Source: Glycera tridactyla
Taxonomy: Eukaryota
Direction of reading: 5' to 3'
DNA length: 64,000 nucleotides
NCBI GenBank assembly: GCA_965644265.1
Contig: OZ286462.1
Location: 35,154,001-35,218,000 of the forward strand
Of the stretch, positions 28,791-40,049 are shown in pieces. The position numbers and the translations under genes are program-made. Numbering within the stretch: position 1 is the stretch's first letter; the number at the start of each line of letters is the position of its first letter. The notes under the pieces are model-generated. The model did not search any database, was not told the origin of the DNA, and saw only the letters and a program-made list of their open reading frames with translations.

Positions 28791-29352
28791 TTGGGGATCT
28801 TCTTTGAATTTTGTGGCTGGCAAGAGAACTCACATTAAGGACATGCACAATAATCTGAAGTTGTTTTACTTATCTGACAAATGCTCATACAACCTTTGTG
28901 TACAGATATTTGAATGCCTTATTGGTCTCTCTCCACACTACCTCAATGACAAATTGAGACTAGTTAGGGACATCCAGAGATGTATTCAGGATTTTTCAAA
29001 AGAAGGGTCCAATTTTACAGCACATCTGAACTGCCCCGAAACCACTGAAAATGCAAAGGTGTAATCACGCCTGTCTATAAGGCCACCTCTCATCGCAAAA
29101 AGAGGTCCATTGAAGAGTTTGAAAGCAGAGGTGGGTGAGGTGCTTTTGGAAAACGGGGTGTAAAATTAGAAAGTGGGGGTGAGACAGGGTCGGAATAATG
29201 AGAAAGCGGGGTTGGTGAGGGTCAATTTCCTTTCAAGACCGGTCCCAACCCTATTTCAATGGAATAGCCCTAATGATGTTTCTCTAAATGAAATGTGAGA
29301 ATTGAGACAATTTCGATCAACCATAGCACCCAACTCCTTCAAAATCTCTTAC

Positions 29353-29433
29353 CTATGGATGTCGCAGATTGTTGAGGGAGTGACGCTGGTGTAGCGGCAG
29401 TTGTAGTGGCAGAGAACTGCATTGGAGAACATA
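29353..29433 (-). CDS. Ser/Thr-rich phase 1-1 exon, copy A (CSPMQFSATTTAATPASLPQQSATSI)
   Basis: tttcag / G|GTAAGA; 81 nt. Confidence 0.6.
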   Translation of the reverse strand, partial: YVLQCSSLPLQLPLHQRHSLNNLRHP

Positions 29434-29838
29434 CTGAAATGAACAAATTCTGCTATTGAAAATAATCTGAGCTTTCTCGAAAATTTCCAATTTAAAAAAT
29501 TCCAGCAAAGTGAAATACTAATACTAATATCTTGATCCATTCAAGAGCAATGTATCCATCATCAATTGAGCCATGGGCATGCTCAGACCTGGGAGCCTTA
29601 AATGAGTTAGTGGAGAAACTGACAGAACCAGCTTACATGTCTTCGGCAATAAAATCAATATATGTATCAGATCAATGTCGCATACCAATCTTCAATGACC
29701 ATATATACATATACGATGACTCCCATGAAATTTATCAGGCTATCATCAATAAAGCAAACAGACATATCATTCATGTTTTAGGTGGACATTAATTTTTTTC
29801 TCCAGCTGTCTTTCGGGCAGGTGAAGTGTAATTTTCAC

Positions 29839-29925
29839 CTGACCTCCCTGCCAATTCCACCTGCCCTTCAGCATAGTCATAGACTAAATAATGGTTAGGT
29901 ACCTGCCCATCAGGCAGACAGACTC
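29839..29925 (-). CDS. Possible gene 2 exon (GVCLPDGQVPNHYLVYDYAEGQVELAGRS); could instead read on to a stop at 29789
   Basis: tttcag phase-1 acceptor; several candidate donors, of which G|GTGAAA keeps phase 1. Confidence 0.35.
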
Positions 29926-30148
29926 CTGAAATCACCTGCCCTAACAACAAATCAGCAAGCCTGTGCTTGAAGGGCAACCCTTAGCATAGAGCCCTGGAAA
30001 CTGCAATCACAGAATTCAAACTTTTGATGCCAATCTGTGAGGGTGATGAGGGCAGTATTTTTGGTGAAATATGATTCACCTTCACTCGAATAATACATTT
30101 CGATCCACATTATGATCATCAGGATAAATTATTGTGAATTCGACTCAC

Positions 30149-30313
30149 CATGGAATTTTATATCCGTCTGGTTTTCAAGGATTGCCCTCCTCTGCAATGT
30201 GTTGTAGGATGAAGGGCACTTCACTGAGATTCCTAGAGGCATCCCAGTTGCTGCTACCTTCCCTTGCAGAAAGGCGATATATGAGCACCGATGATGTGTG
30301 CCTGTTGCTTTTC
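30149..30313 (-). CDS. Gene 2 exon, GTF2I-like repeat core
   Basis: KATGTHHRCSYIAFLQGKVAATGMPLGISVKCPSSYNTLQRRAILENQTDIKFH; ttag / G|GTGAGT. Confidence 0.78.
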
Positions 30314-33300
30314 CTAACAAATATATAAATACATTACCAATACTTGATTAAGTTTTGTGTTTACCATTCATGATATTGCAACAGTTATTCTGTTTTGAGA
30401 AGTGACTTCTCTAAATCAACAGGACTGGGATGAAACACATTAGTCATGGAACGAAATGTTTCTAGAAACACTCTTTGAATAATGGATAACGAAACGAAAC
30501 ACCATTTGTCCTGCCTTAAGGAATCTGGCGCTGCGATCCTCCTCTGCCGGGCGCGCCCTTGACTTTGCACTATGGTCACTGCTACTATCGAATATTGATG
30601 CGCCCGCCCAAAGTTCATCAAATCACTCTCATTCTTGCATCATAATAATGGCCTATCGTGTTATATTTTGCAGAATAAACGTCTAATAGAGACACTTTGC
30701 TCAATTCATCAGTGCGGCTTTAGGCGGAAAACACCCTCATTTTGATAATTTATGTCAAATACGGGCTATTTTTTCATCGCGTCATGACCGCATCCCATTA
30801 CCAAATTCCCCACAACCTTGGTCTGGCCTACGATTTTTTCCTCTATATCATGTTTGAGCATGATGCCATGATGGACAGTGTTTTGAAATCCTATTAGATT
30901 TGGTGGGCTCACTTATTACTTACCTCAATGCATAATATTTCTCCACATGGGCAGCATTGACATGTCTTCAACATTAGGAAATGATTCTGAACTGATGGAA
31001 ATGAACTTTGCAAATCCACTATTTCACTTTATCATTTATCATTCTTGATAGGGCTCCGAGTTCTGTCATTGTCTTGTGCACAATATCAAAGAACAGCAGT
31101 AATAACAGTTGTCTTCTGTGCATATGATATTGCCATAGGAGAGAAGAACTGCATCATCAAGATCCTAAAAAAGTCAAACCTAACTAAGACTGTCTTTAGT
31201 GGCATAAAAAACTGGTCATTGTAGACAGATGGTCTTGGTAGTCAGGTGAACAAACCTCTTCCTGAAACAAATATTACCACTGTGCGGATATTCAGTAGGT
31301 CGCTTCAGGAAGCTGTTAACTCCCAGTGATTATGAGATGAAGCCACACCAAATCAAGGATGTTTGTCAATGAAATCTCTCCCAGCCATCTGCTGCCAGCA
31401 ATGATGGCAGCACTGCATCATGAGTGTTACATGTAAAATGCTATGATTGAACCTATGAAACTATGATTATTAATCCTAAACTGTGACCGCCAGTATCTCT
31501 GTGTATGTTGATATCAACTGATAATGATAGTACTCACTGTAAAGATGGTTGTAAAGGTTCCTGATCTGCTCGTACTCCTGCTTTGCGACACCATCCGCCA
31601 TAGTCGAATCAGCTCTCCTTTCAACTGAAATACATTGGATACCTCAATGAATATCTTCAAGCATGTTCATGTTCCCTAACTTGAAAAACTCTAGTTGAAG
31701 CTTGATTGACCAAGTGAGATTTCTCGTCCAATGTAACCATTGACTGAACAGTGGTCAGTGACAACAATGAGAATGGCTATCACTAGTTCTAAGCAGAATA
31801 CATGTATTTGTGATATTTCTACATCTGGATAGGCAATTCTGTATCAAGAAGTATTCAGACACTGTATTGATCAGCATATCTCATTCAAATGTTCATGCAC
31901 ACTCCTGAACCTACAGCTGCATTCTTGAGTTGGTGCCTGGTGAAGGTGGCAACCTCATACCATTTAGTCAAAACATGTGATCAAATCCATTGTAACTGCC
32001 TGATCCATTGATTTTTGTACATTGAAGTGGGTCATGTTGATAAAAATATATCTGTACTTTCGTGACTGGCTACTGACTCAATGCAAGTTACCTGTGTCTT
32101 GGCCATGATATTACAAGGGACATTCAAGAGTTCACAAATCCGTTTGCTTTGTTTTGGATGGTAGTCGAGCACCAATATCTTTTCAATATCCGTCTCTGGG
32201 TATGCAAATTTAAGATATAAACATTGATTTGGGATTGTTTTGATCTGCTGATATATGGTAAATGATTGGTGAGTTCCCAGTTGAACACTGAATGTACGTA
32301 TTCCAAATTGTTTTACCATTTCACCACTTTCACCAGCTTACTTTGTAGCTCTAGTGTGGAACCACCTCTTTTGAACAGCCGAGATCACTTTGATCACTTC
32401 TGACTGGTGATCACACACTTCAAACAAGGAGAATAATTAATTCTGTGTAATACTCAATATTTGTGTTCATTATGTTCTGTCATATTCATCATGTCTACTT
32501 CCATTCATGCAGAATGCGATGAGAAGAAATCATTTTTGAAGGTGGTGTAGATTTTTTGTGCAAAGCCAAGACAAGTGCTTCTTTTCGGCTAGTAAGTCAG
32601 TAATGTAGAAAGACTGATTTATACATACTACCAGTTGCATTCAGGAAGTCCTTCTTGATTTCAAGTCTATCCACAAACGCCAAACCCTTTCCAGCTCCAT
32701 GAGTGAAGAGCTCCTCATTTCGCCGTATGATAGCCATCCACCCAACATCAGCCACATCAAGTTCCTCGGCTTCTTCAATCTAGTAGCAATACATTAAACA
32801 GAAAATTTATCTCACTTCAAAATATGTTTCACTTCAACATCAATATTGACTAAAGAAAAGTACAAGTTCACATCCTTGGTAGAGTTTGATTCACACACCT
32901 CAAGAGCTGCAAAGAACCTGCTAGAAGACCACCTCCATACAGAGACCATCTGCCTGCAAATACCACAGACCCCAAAACATGGCCATCGCACTATTTTATG
33001 CCACAACCTACCTCTCATGAGACCACACAAACTGCAGTTTCTCCATTGAAAGGTTTTGCTGTAAATTTATGAAGCTAGATGGGGCTAGAGATTCATCACA
33101 GGCCTATGGGTAGATTCCACTTAAAAAGACAATTCACCAACACGAAAATGTTAAACTGATTGACTGATTGTTTGACTGATTGATTGATTGATGTGTGATT
33201 TTTTTATCAAGAATTAGACTCACACGGAATTACAAGTACTATATCGTCCCATGTGAGTACAAAATACAAAACTTACACAAAGCCTGAGCACAAGATGATG

Positions 33301-36188
33301 GGGGTCCTAAAAGGTTGTCAGGTGGAAGTAGCTGGCTCCTCAAGCACACCTCTCTCTACACAACATTAACACATTGAATTTAATGATCCCAGATCTGAAT
33401 GTGTGACTGGCTGGAACCTCACACTCATGCCTATGGGACACAATCGACACCATTGGAATTCCCAGATATATTCAAATTGAAGGACCCAAAGCCTGAGATC
33501 CATCATCAGATTCATCTTTTTTTGAGAAAAGTTGTAAATTAATCCCCATCAAGAATAAATATCATTGGGATGACATAAAATCAGATTCTGATGAGTGGCG
33601 AGTGGAACAGCGCTAACAGTCAGGTCAGAAATATATCAGAATGTATTTCCCACTCTTTTTTCCCTATGAGATAAAGAGTTTCCACAACCATTACTTCCAT
33701 AGCCCATCCAGGGCACTGTAAAAAATGATAATCATTCAGTGCTGCAAATGTCTTGTTTCAAATAGTCACTTTCAGGTCACTCAATACAGAACATGAAATC
33801 TGTATGAGCTACAGTGCAGCTAAATGACGCTGATGATGGGTGAACTGAGAACTCACTAAATCTGCCATCTTGCAACAAATCTGCTTCATGCGAACGATTC
33901 TCTCATCCTCTGTCATCTCATTAGGTTTTAGGACCCAATTGGCAGCAGCAGTCACCCTATAGACTTCTTTCTCCTCAGGAGAGAGATTCAACCAGTCCTC
34001 ATTGATCTTTTTGAGTCTATCCACCTTGCTTGCTGCTCCAACACCTGAATTTGATATAGATATGGAACATGAAAAATTGACCAACTCACTGCCTCAGAAA
34101 GTGATGAGAAAAGTACTGATTTCAACCATGAATTGATACATATTGAGATGAGGGAAGATTCTTTGAAACTGAGTCTCTGAAAGCAATGTTGAGGACCTAC
34201 AGAAAGACTTGGTGTGTTCAGTAACCTGGAGTGGTAGATCTGTCATTCCTGACTGAGGGACATTCTTTTGTGAATATCAGAAGCAGGATAAGGTTGATAT
34301 CATGGCAAATTATGGGCAAAAGGTGGGAACGGGATGACTACACAATTCTTATGACAATTGTATTGCCGCCGTCTTCATTACTGGATCCCCTGACAGAAGT
34401 TGATCAAATTAGAAAAAAGACTGACATTATTGAGACATGTATTGATGGCAAGGCAACTGTCATCTTGTTCAATTTGGGAGAGTGTTTTCTGCCAATTCCT
34501 ATGTTCCCATAAATAGCTGTCAGAGAAATGTCAACATCCATCATAAACAGCAAATGTGGTCATTTCTGTCGGCCGTGTTCCAGGATGCAGGTGTGACATG
34601 ATGGAATTCTGGCACAATTATTCAATTCTGTATAATTCATTGATGAAATCTCATTCAAACACTGAAAACTGTCAATCCAATGATATTCGGCAAATTTGTC
34701 ATCTCACCTATATGTTATGATGCTAATGTGTGTGCTATCCCCCTCACTCCATTATTCCACTAATAATAGGTTTCACTGTATAGTATATACCATAATGTCC
34801 CTAATTACCGACCATCCCTCATTAGCACCCCCTCCTGCCTGAGTGATAGAGAAGGTGCTGCCTAGCATTGAGAGCCCAGAAAATTCAAATTTTCCACTCT
34901 TTTCTTGCCAAGAAGGAAACCAGATCCAACAAGGATGACGATCCTGCCGAAATTTTCACTGTTTTTGGTGAATATTCAAAGGGTATTCGAGATTCATGTA
35001 TGGATAAAACAATATTTGATGCTAACATCTGAAAGATATTTCACCAACCACCGGCATATGCTTGCCAAAATACCTGGTTATCGGGCATTGTAACCCTTGT
35101 AAATTAGCAAGCATCCCAGGGTCTCAATATCGGAAGTATATATTCAAATAATCTTACCTTTCTCTGCCATCACTTTCTTCATTGCTTCACTCCTGAATGC
35201 ATCAAGTCCCCGCTGCTGTCTACGCCGAACATGGATCTGCCTTGATCTTTCCGCCCTTGTTCGGTCTTTTTGATTGTCAATCCATCGCTTAAAAAGATTA
35301 TGATTAACAGTTTCACATCACATAGATCAAAATCGTATTTCATCCAAGGATTTTCTGATCAGAGTAAATAAAGAGGGTTTTTGGACACACTGATACATTT
35401 TCTGAGTGCCATTTTGGAGGTTTGGGTGTTCAAGCTGTATTGCCTTGTCAAGGTACACTGAATGAAATGTGTCTCCTGCAAATTTTGGTGCCTTCCTGCT
35501 CATCTCATTAACATGAACATGGGGTAGATGATTATAATAGTTTAATTACTTGAATCATTAAATTACTCCTCGATGGCAATGTCCCATCATTTCAGAAATC
35601 CATTTTTATCCCAAAATTATTCAAGCAAAACACTGAGATGCTGCTCTGGTGATGGCCGGAAGAATCAGTGAATGTATTGAAATATATATGTGCTACATTG
35701 CTGTGCAAAAAGACTTCAATGCAGCTCCTGATGCCGATGCCAACTGAAATGGCACCTTATGTGTCTGTGAATTTCATATCATTTCACCTTCCATTGGGGA
35801 CCCAGAAGGAGGATTTTTGGAAGATCCCACCCATGCCCATTGCATGGGCGTCACAATATAGCCAAGATGGTGCTGACGTGACGTTAACCAGAACCAACCA
35901 ACCAACCAACCAACCAACACCTTCACTGGGACAACTACAATACCCCATTCAACTTGAGGCGAGGTGAAAGTGGGACCCCATTTTCGCAAGATGCTTGGGT
36001 CCTGCGCAATCAATGGAACCAGAAAATTCTCTTGAATCAAACAGTCTGAAGGTGGATATTTGACCAGCAGGCAAATAGTGATCCCACAAGCAAAACTTTA
36101 TAAAACAAGAAATTTCTTTGAAAAAAAAAGAATGGTCGTTGATTCACAGCGGAGAGGTGGTAATTTGAGAGGGGAAGTATATATATAT

Positions 36189-36219
<31 letters not shown>

Positions 36220-36886
36220 CAAAGAGAGAAAGCGAGTGAGTGAGCAGAGCTGCATCCAGGATTTCAAATGAGAGAGAGTCATACCAAACTGCGTGGAACA
36301 AATGCGCGAATATTCCAGCATGTATCAGCGACGTGAAAGGTGGTCTCTCGAGCAGGTTTGACTGCATATATACTCTGTGCTAGTCAGTGTGAAAAAAACT
36401 AATTTGAATTTCCCGCCACTATTCGAGAATATGTGGTTCGCCATCGCCACCGCTAGGGGACACTATGCCCGCCTCTCTCAGTCACTGCAGAATGACTTAA
36501 GGAGGGATAGTCATATGAGATGAAAAACTTGGCAACCAAAAAAGGGGCTGGCGACCAAATTGAAAATCAATTTGGCACTGAAAAAAAATTGCCTGGCGAC
36601 CCAAAGTTTTTTTCAGGAGCCAGCAGGCTGCTAAATATTTTTCCCAACGTAGAGTCCTGTAATGTCTAGATTGAGTGGAAATCCCAAAGTGGAAATAGTA
36701 CCGTCTCCGACGGAAAAACACACCTTTATTCTGTTTGCAGGTAAGCCTGTCTCAGCCTCACACTGGTTTACCAGTTGTTTGGTTACAACAGTCCCATAAT
36801 TGGTCATCCCCTGCTGTTTGAACTTTCTCAAGGTTCCAATGAAAGGAGTGTAATCGAATGCCTTCCCTGTCCTTCGTCCGCCAAAG
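30149..36886 (-). CDS. Spliced multidomain nuclear protein: homeodomain-like + HMG-box-like + GTF2I-repeat-like (6 core exons; start and end unresolved)
   Basis: Exons 36724-36886, 35158-35287, 33857-34044, 32632-32779, 31538-31624, 30149-30313; GT-AG, phase-compatible, 881 nt open. ...ETGLPANRIK|RWIDNQKDR (homeodomain helix 3-like); RGLDAFRSE...INEDWLNLSPEEKEVY (HMG-like); QIRNLYNHLYRKATG...SYIAF..GKVAATGMPLGISVKCPSSY..LQRRAILENQTDIKF (GTF2I-repeat-like). Confidence 0.8.
31538..31624 (-). CDS. Gene 2 exon, start of GTF2I-like repeat
   Basis: ERRADSTMADGVAKQEYEQIRNLYNHLY; tttcag / A|GTGAGT. Confidence 0.78.
32632..32779 (-). CDS. Gene 2 exon
   Basis: IEEAEELDVADVGWMAIIRRNEELFTHGAGKGLAFVDRLEIKKDFLNAT; phase 0-1. 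Confidence 0.75.
33857..34044 (-). CDS. Gene 2 exon, HMG-box-like
   Basis: VGAASKVDRLKKINEDWLNLSPEEKEVYRVTAAANWVLKPNEMTEDERIVRMKQICCKMADL; ttcag / TTA|GTGAGT. Confidence 0.8.
35158..35287 (-). CDS. Gene 2 exon, homeodomain-like helix 3 plus start of HMG-like box; absent from ORF track
   Basis: RWIDNQKDRTRAERSRQIHVRRRQQRGLDAFRSEAMKKVMAEK; tttaag / G|GTAAGA. Confidence 0.8.
35745..35917 (+). mobile_element. SINE-like 3' portion with (AACC)n tail
   Basis: cccatgcccattgcatgggc..atatagccaagatggtgctgacgtgacgttaacc + (aacc)n; inverted homologue at about 9120-9280. Confidence 0.6.
36520..36660 (-). mobile_element. Short hAT-like MITE remnant (relative at about 49146-49260)
   Basis: Shared gattttcaatttggtcgcca core; CAGG(G/A)CTC-type terminus. 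Confidence 0.45.
36724..36886 (-). CDS. Gene 2 exon, homeodomain-like helices 1-2
   Basis: FGGRRTGKAFDYTPFIGTLRKFKQQGMTNYGTVVTKQLVNQCEAETGLPANRIK; tacag / AAG|GTGTGT. Confidence 0.75.
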
Positions 36887-36939
36887 CTGTAATAAATCAT
36901 TCAGGAAAATCAACACACTCGTGATGAAATATTTGCGGA

Positions 36940-37360
36940 AAATTTGAATAAAATCACAAATTCGATATGTCAAATGTTGCATATATCCAAGTCACAGGGG
37001 GGTGAAATTCAAATTCAAATTCACCCGCCCCCACCGAAAAACAACCGGTCCGAAAATCGTCTTCTGCGCACATTGTTGACATGTCACGCTGTGAGCCCAT
37101 GAAAGCAGTTCGCTGATTGGCAGATTTTGCCGCAATTTCAGCAATCTGGCCAATCAGGGACTGCGACAGGTATCTGTGTCACTTCTTGATCACTTCCAGC
37201 ATTAAAGATGGCGATTGGTCTGACGAAACTCGCGCGAATTTGACAAATAAACTTTTGGCGAATTTCAGATGCAATTCGATGATATTTACAACCCGCCCGA
37301 AAAATATCGATCCGCCCGACCCTGATTTCGGCACGCCCGAGACGTTCGGGAGGTGATCTC
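36940..37360. promoter_or_regulatory. CpG-enriched promoter-like segment with three CCAAT boxes and a YY1-type core
   Basis: ATTGG 37116-37120, CCAAT 37150-37154, AAGATGGCG 37205-37213, ATTGG 37214-37218; immediately upstream of the first visible gene 2 exon. Confidence 0.45.
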
Positions 37361-38067
37361 TTCACGCCCTGAAGATATTGTTATTTTCTTTCATATACAT
37401 TGATTGCTGCATTTAAAAAAAACAAAACAAGGAAATCCATGCATCCAATGGACTATCATACCTGATATTACAAATATCATGGCCTGTACTCAGAATGATG
37501 AGCCATTTACTATTCATCCAGTAGACAGTAAATAGCTGTGACAGTGGCCTCATATCATATGTTTGTGTGAGTGTGAGTGCATGCATGTGCATGTGTGCAT
37601 GAGTGTGTGTATGCATGCATGTCCCTGTACACCTGTGTGTGTGTGTAGGTATGTGTAGGTGTGCAGGCATCACAACATACTGATTTGTATTCTTACCTTC
37701 CAACTTTTTCCTCTATGTGCTCTTGTAATGGTATCTAAATGGAAACAGAAAAGTACCATGGAAATTGTTCAGTTTATATTAGGGTGTTGGCAAGATCAAG
37801 AGGGGCATTTAGGGGACAAAGTTGAATTTTGTAAATCACAGAAACAAATATGACTGTGGCAATCTCTCACACAGGGACTTGCAGAGAGGTGGGCCCTGCA
37901 CCATTTGCCACAATCAAATTTGAATTGGCCCACTGAGAGATGATGTGAAGGGAAACTGAAAGAGACTGACCTTGATTCAGTCTGCAGGTCTGTATTTTTT
38001 ACTTGAATCTACAGTAAGAATATGAGATGACCAATGATGCATGGTGCATCTTTCATTCGTATCAGAT

Positions 38068-38069
<2 letters not shown>

Positions 38070-38132
<63 letters not shown>

Positions 38133-38272
38133 ATGTCCATGATCTTAAATCCATATGCGCAGATTGTGTCAGTGTCTATGTCTGTGTCAGTCAGCAGCCC
38201 CCCCCCCCTCCACACACAATCATGTGAAATCTGATCACACTGGTTCAGCCCCCCCCCCTCCACACACACACA

Positions 38273-38332
<60 letters not shown>
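38070..38332. repeat. (TG)n and (CA)n microsatellites in inverted arrangement
   Basis: (TG)n 38070-38128, (CA)n 38262-38332. Confidence 0.95.
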
Positions 38333-38335
<3 letters not shown>

Positions 38336-38851
38336 ACAGACATCTGCTTACACCTGTGCTCACTGACACAAGCCTACTCACTGAGAACAACAGTGATTTC
38401 AGTACATACCTGATAATGGCTGCTCACTCACGTCGTCGGTTCATTTGACTGACAAATAACAGATTTGGGAATTACCTGTTCATTTCGAATCGAATCACTG
38501 TCGTCCATGGCGTCCACAACACTGCCACCACTTGCTGTTGGATCAATCCCTTCCATCCTCATGCTTATGCAACAATAATCCAATAATTGGAGCGAAATGA
38601 TCTCAACTTGTGAGTGAATCAGCCATGCAAAACACGTGTGAAATCGCTCAGGACATAGCTTCAAAAAGAGACACTAGATGGCAGTGTTGTAGTTCTCCTG
38701 CTTTGATAACTAGGCCAGTAGGGTACAAATGAATGACACGAGAAGTAATTGCTGAAAGGTCCAATCATAGCTTGGCCTGTGGAGTCGATGAGTAGAAGGG
38801 TTCCAAGAGAGAGAGAGTGAGTGAGAGAGAGAGAGGGAGAGAGAGAGAGAA

Positions 38852-38888
<37 letters not shown>

Positions 38889-40049
38889 CGATGGCAGATG
38901 AGATAATATGGAAATATCACTATCTCAAAAAATGGTTTATATCCTACTGCCACCATCCTTTTTGCCGTCATTGTCCATATCATTGTTGCTGACCTTGTCC
39001 TTGTGTATNNNNNNNNNNNNNNNNNNNNNNNNNNNNNNNNNNNNNNNNNNNNNNNNNNNNNNNNNNNNNNNNNNNNNNNNNNNNNNNNNNNNNNNNNNNN
39101 NNNNNNNNNNNNNNNNNNNNNNNNNNNNNNNNNNNNNNNNNAAATCATGATAATAATCTTCATTCTGGTGGCCAGGGTCGCGTGGTAGGTTCAGGGACAT
39201 CACACAATCTGCCAGCTGTGGGCTGTAGCAAAGGCTGATANNNNNNNNNNNNNNNNNNNNNNNNNNNNNNNNNNNNNNNNNNNNNNNNNNNNNNNNNNNN
39301 NNNNNNNNNNNNNNNNNNNNNNNNNNNNNNNNNNNNNNNNNNNNNNNNNNNNNNNNNNNNNNNNNNNNNNNNNNNNNNNNNNNNNNNNNNNNNNNNNNNN
39401 NNAAATTATGAAAATAATCTTCATTCTGTTGGTCAGGGTCGAGGGTCGAGTGGTAGGTTCAAAGACCACACTCAATCTGCCAGCGAGGCTGTAGCATAGG
39501 CTGATATCCGAATGCCTCTTTTCTGAAGGAATTGCCCTATCTTGGGTGATGTAAGAATGTAGAAATCACCCTCATACACATCCCCCATATTTGGCCATGT
39601 TGGCAATAACTGTGTCAGCACTCAACATCGAACAGGAGAGGTCTTATGAGCGAATAAAGGGTGCGAAACACTACAGATGTGACTGTTCTGTATGGGAATC
39701 AAAGGAGTATTGAGCAGAAGCTTGTTACCCTTGCCTCGTTGCTAGAAAGTGACAGGTGCGTGCCCTGTGCATTGGTGATCTGCTCACTTCTTCTCGATTG
39801 AGGCTAATTGAAGGTGTCCTAGTGTAGCTGCTCAGTAGTATCAATTGCTAGATTTCTGCCACTCGTTTCTGTCACTCCAGCGACGACTGATGAGCAGAAC
39901 ACTCCCGACACTGTGCAACCCTCCATCATAATCAAAGTGAGCCTCTGGGTGACCAGCTATTGGCAGATATGCGATAGTTGGTTAGTTCCAGGTTAACATC
40001 ACATCAGCTCCATTCGTGCTATATTGTGATGGCAATGCAATGATTATGG

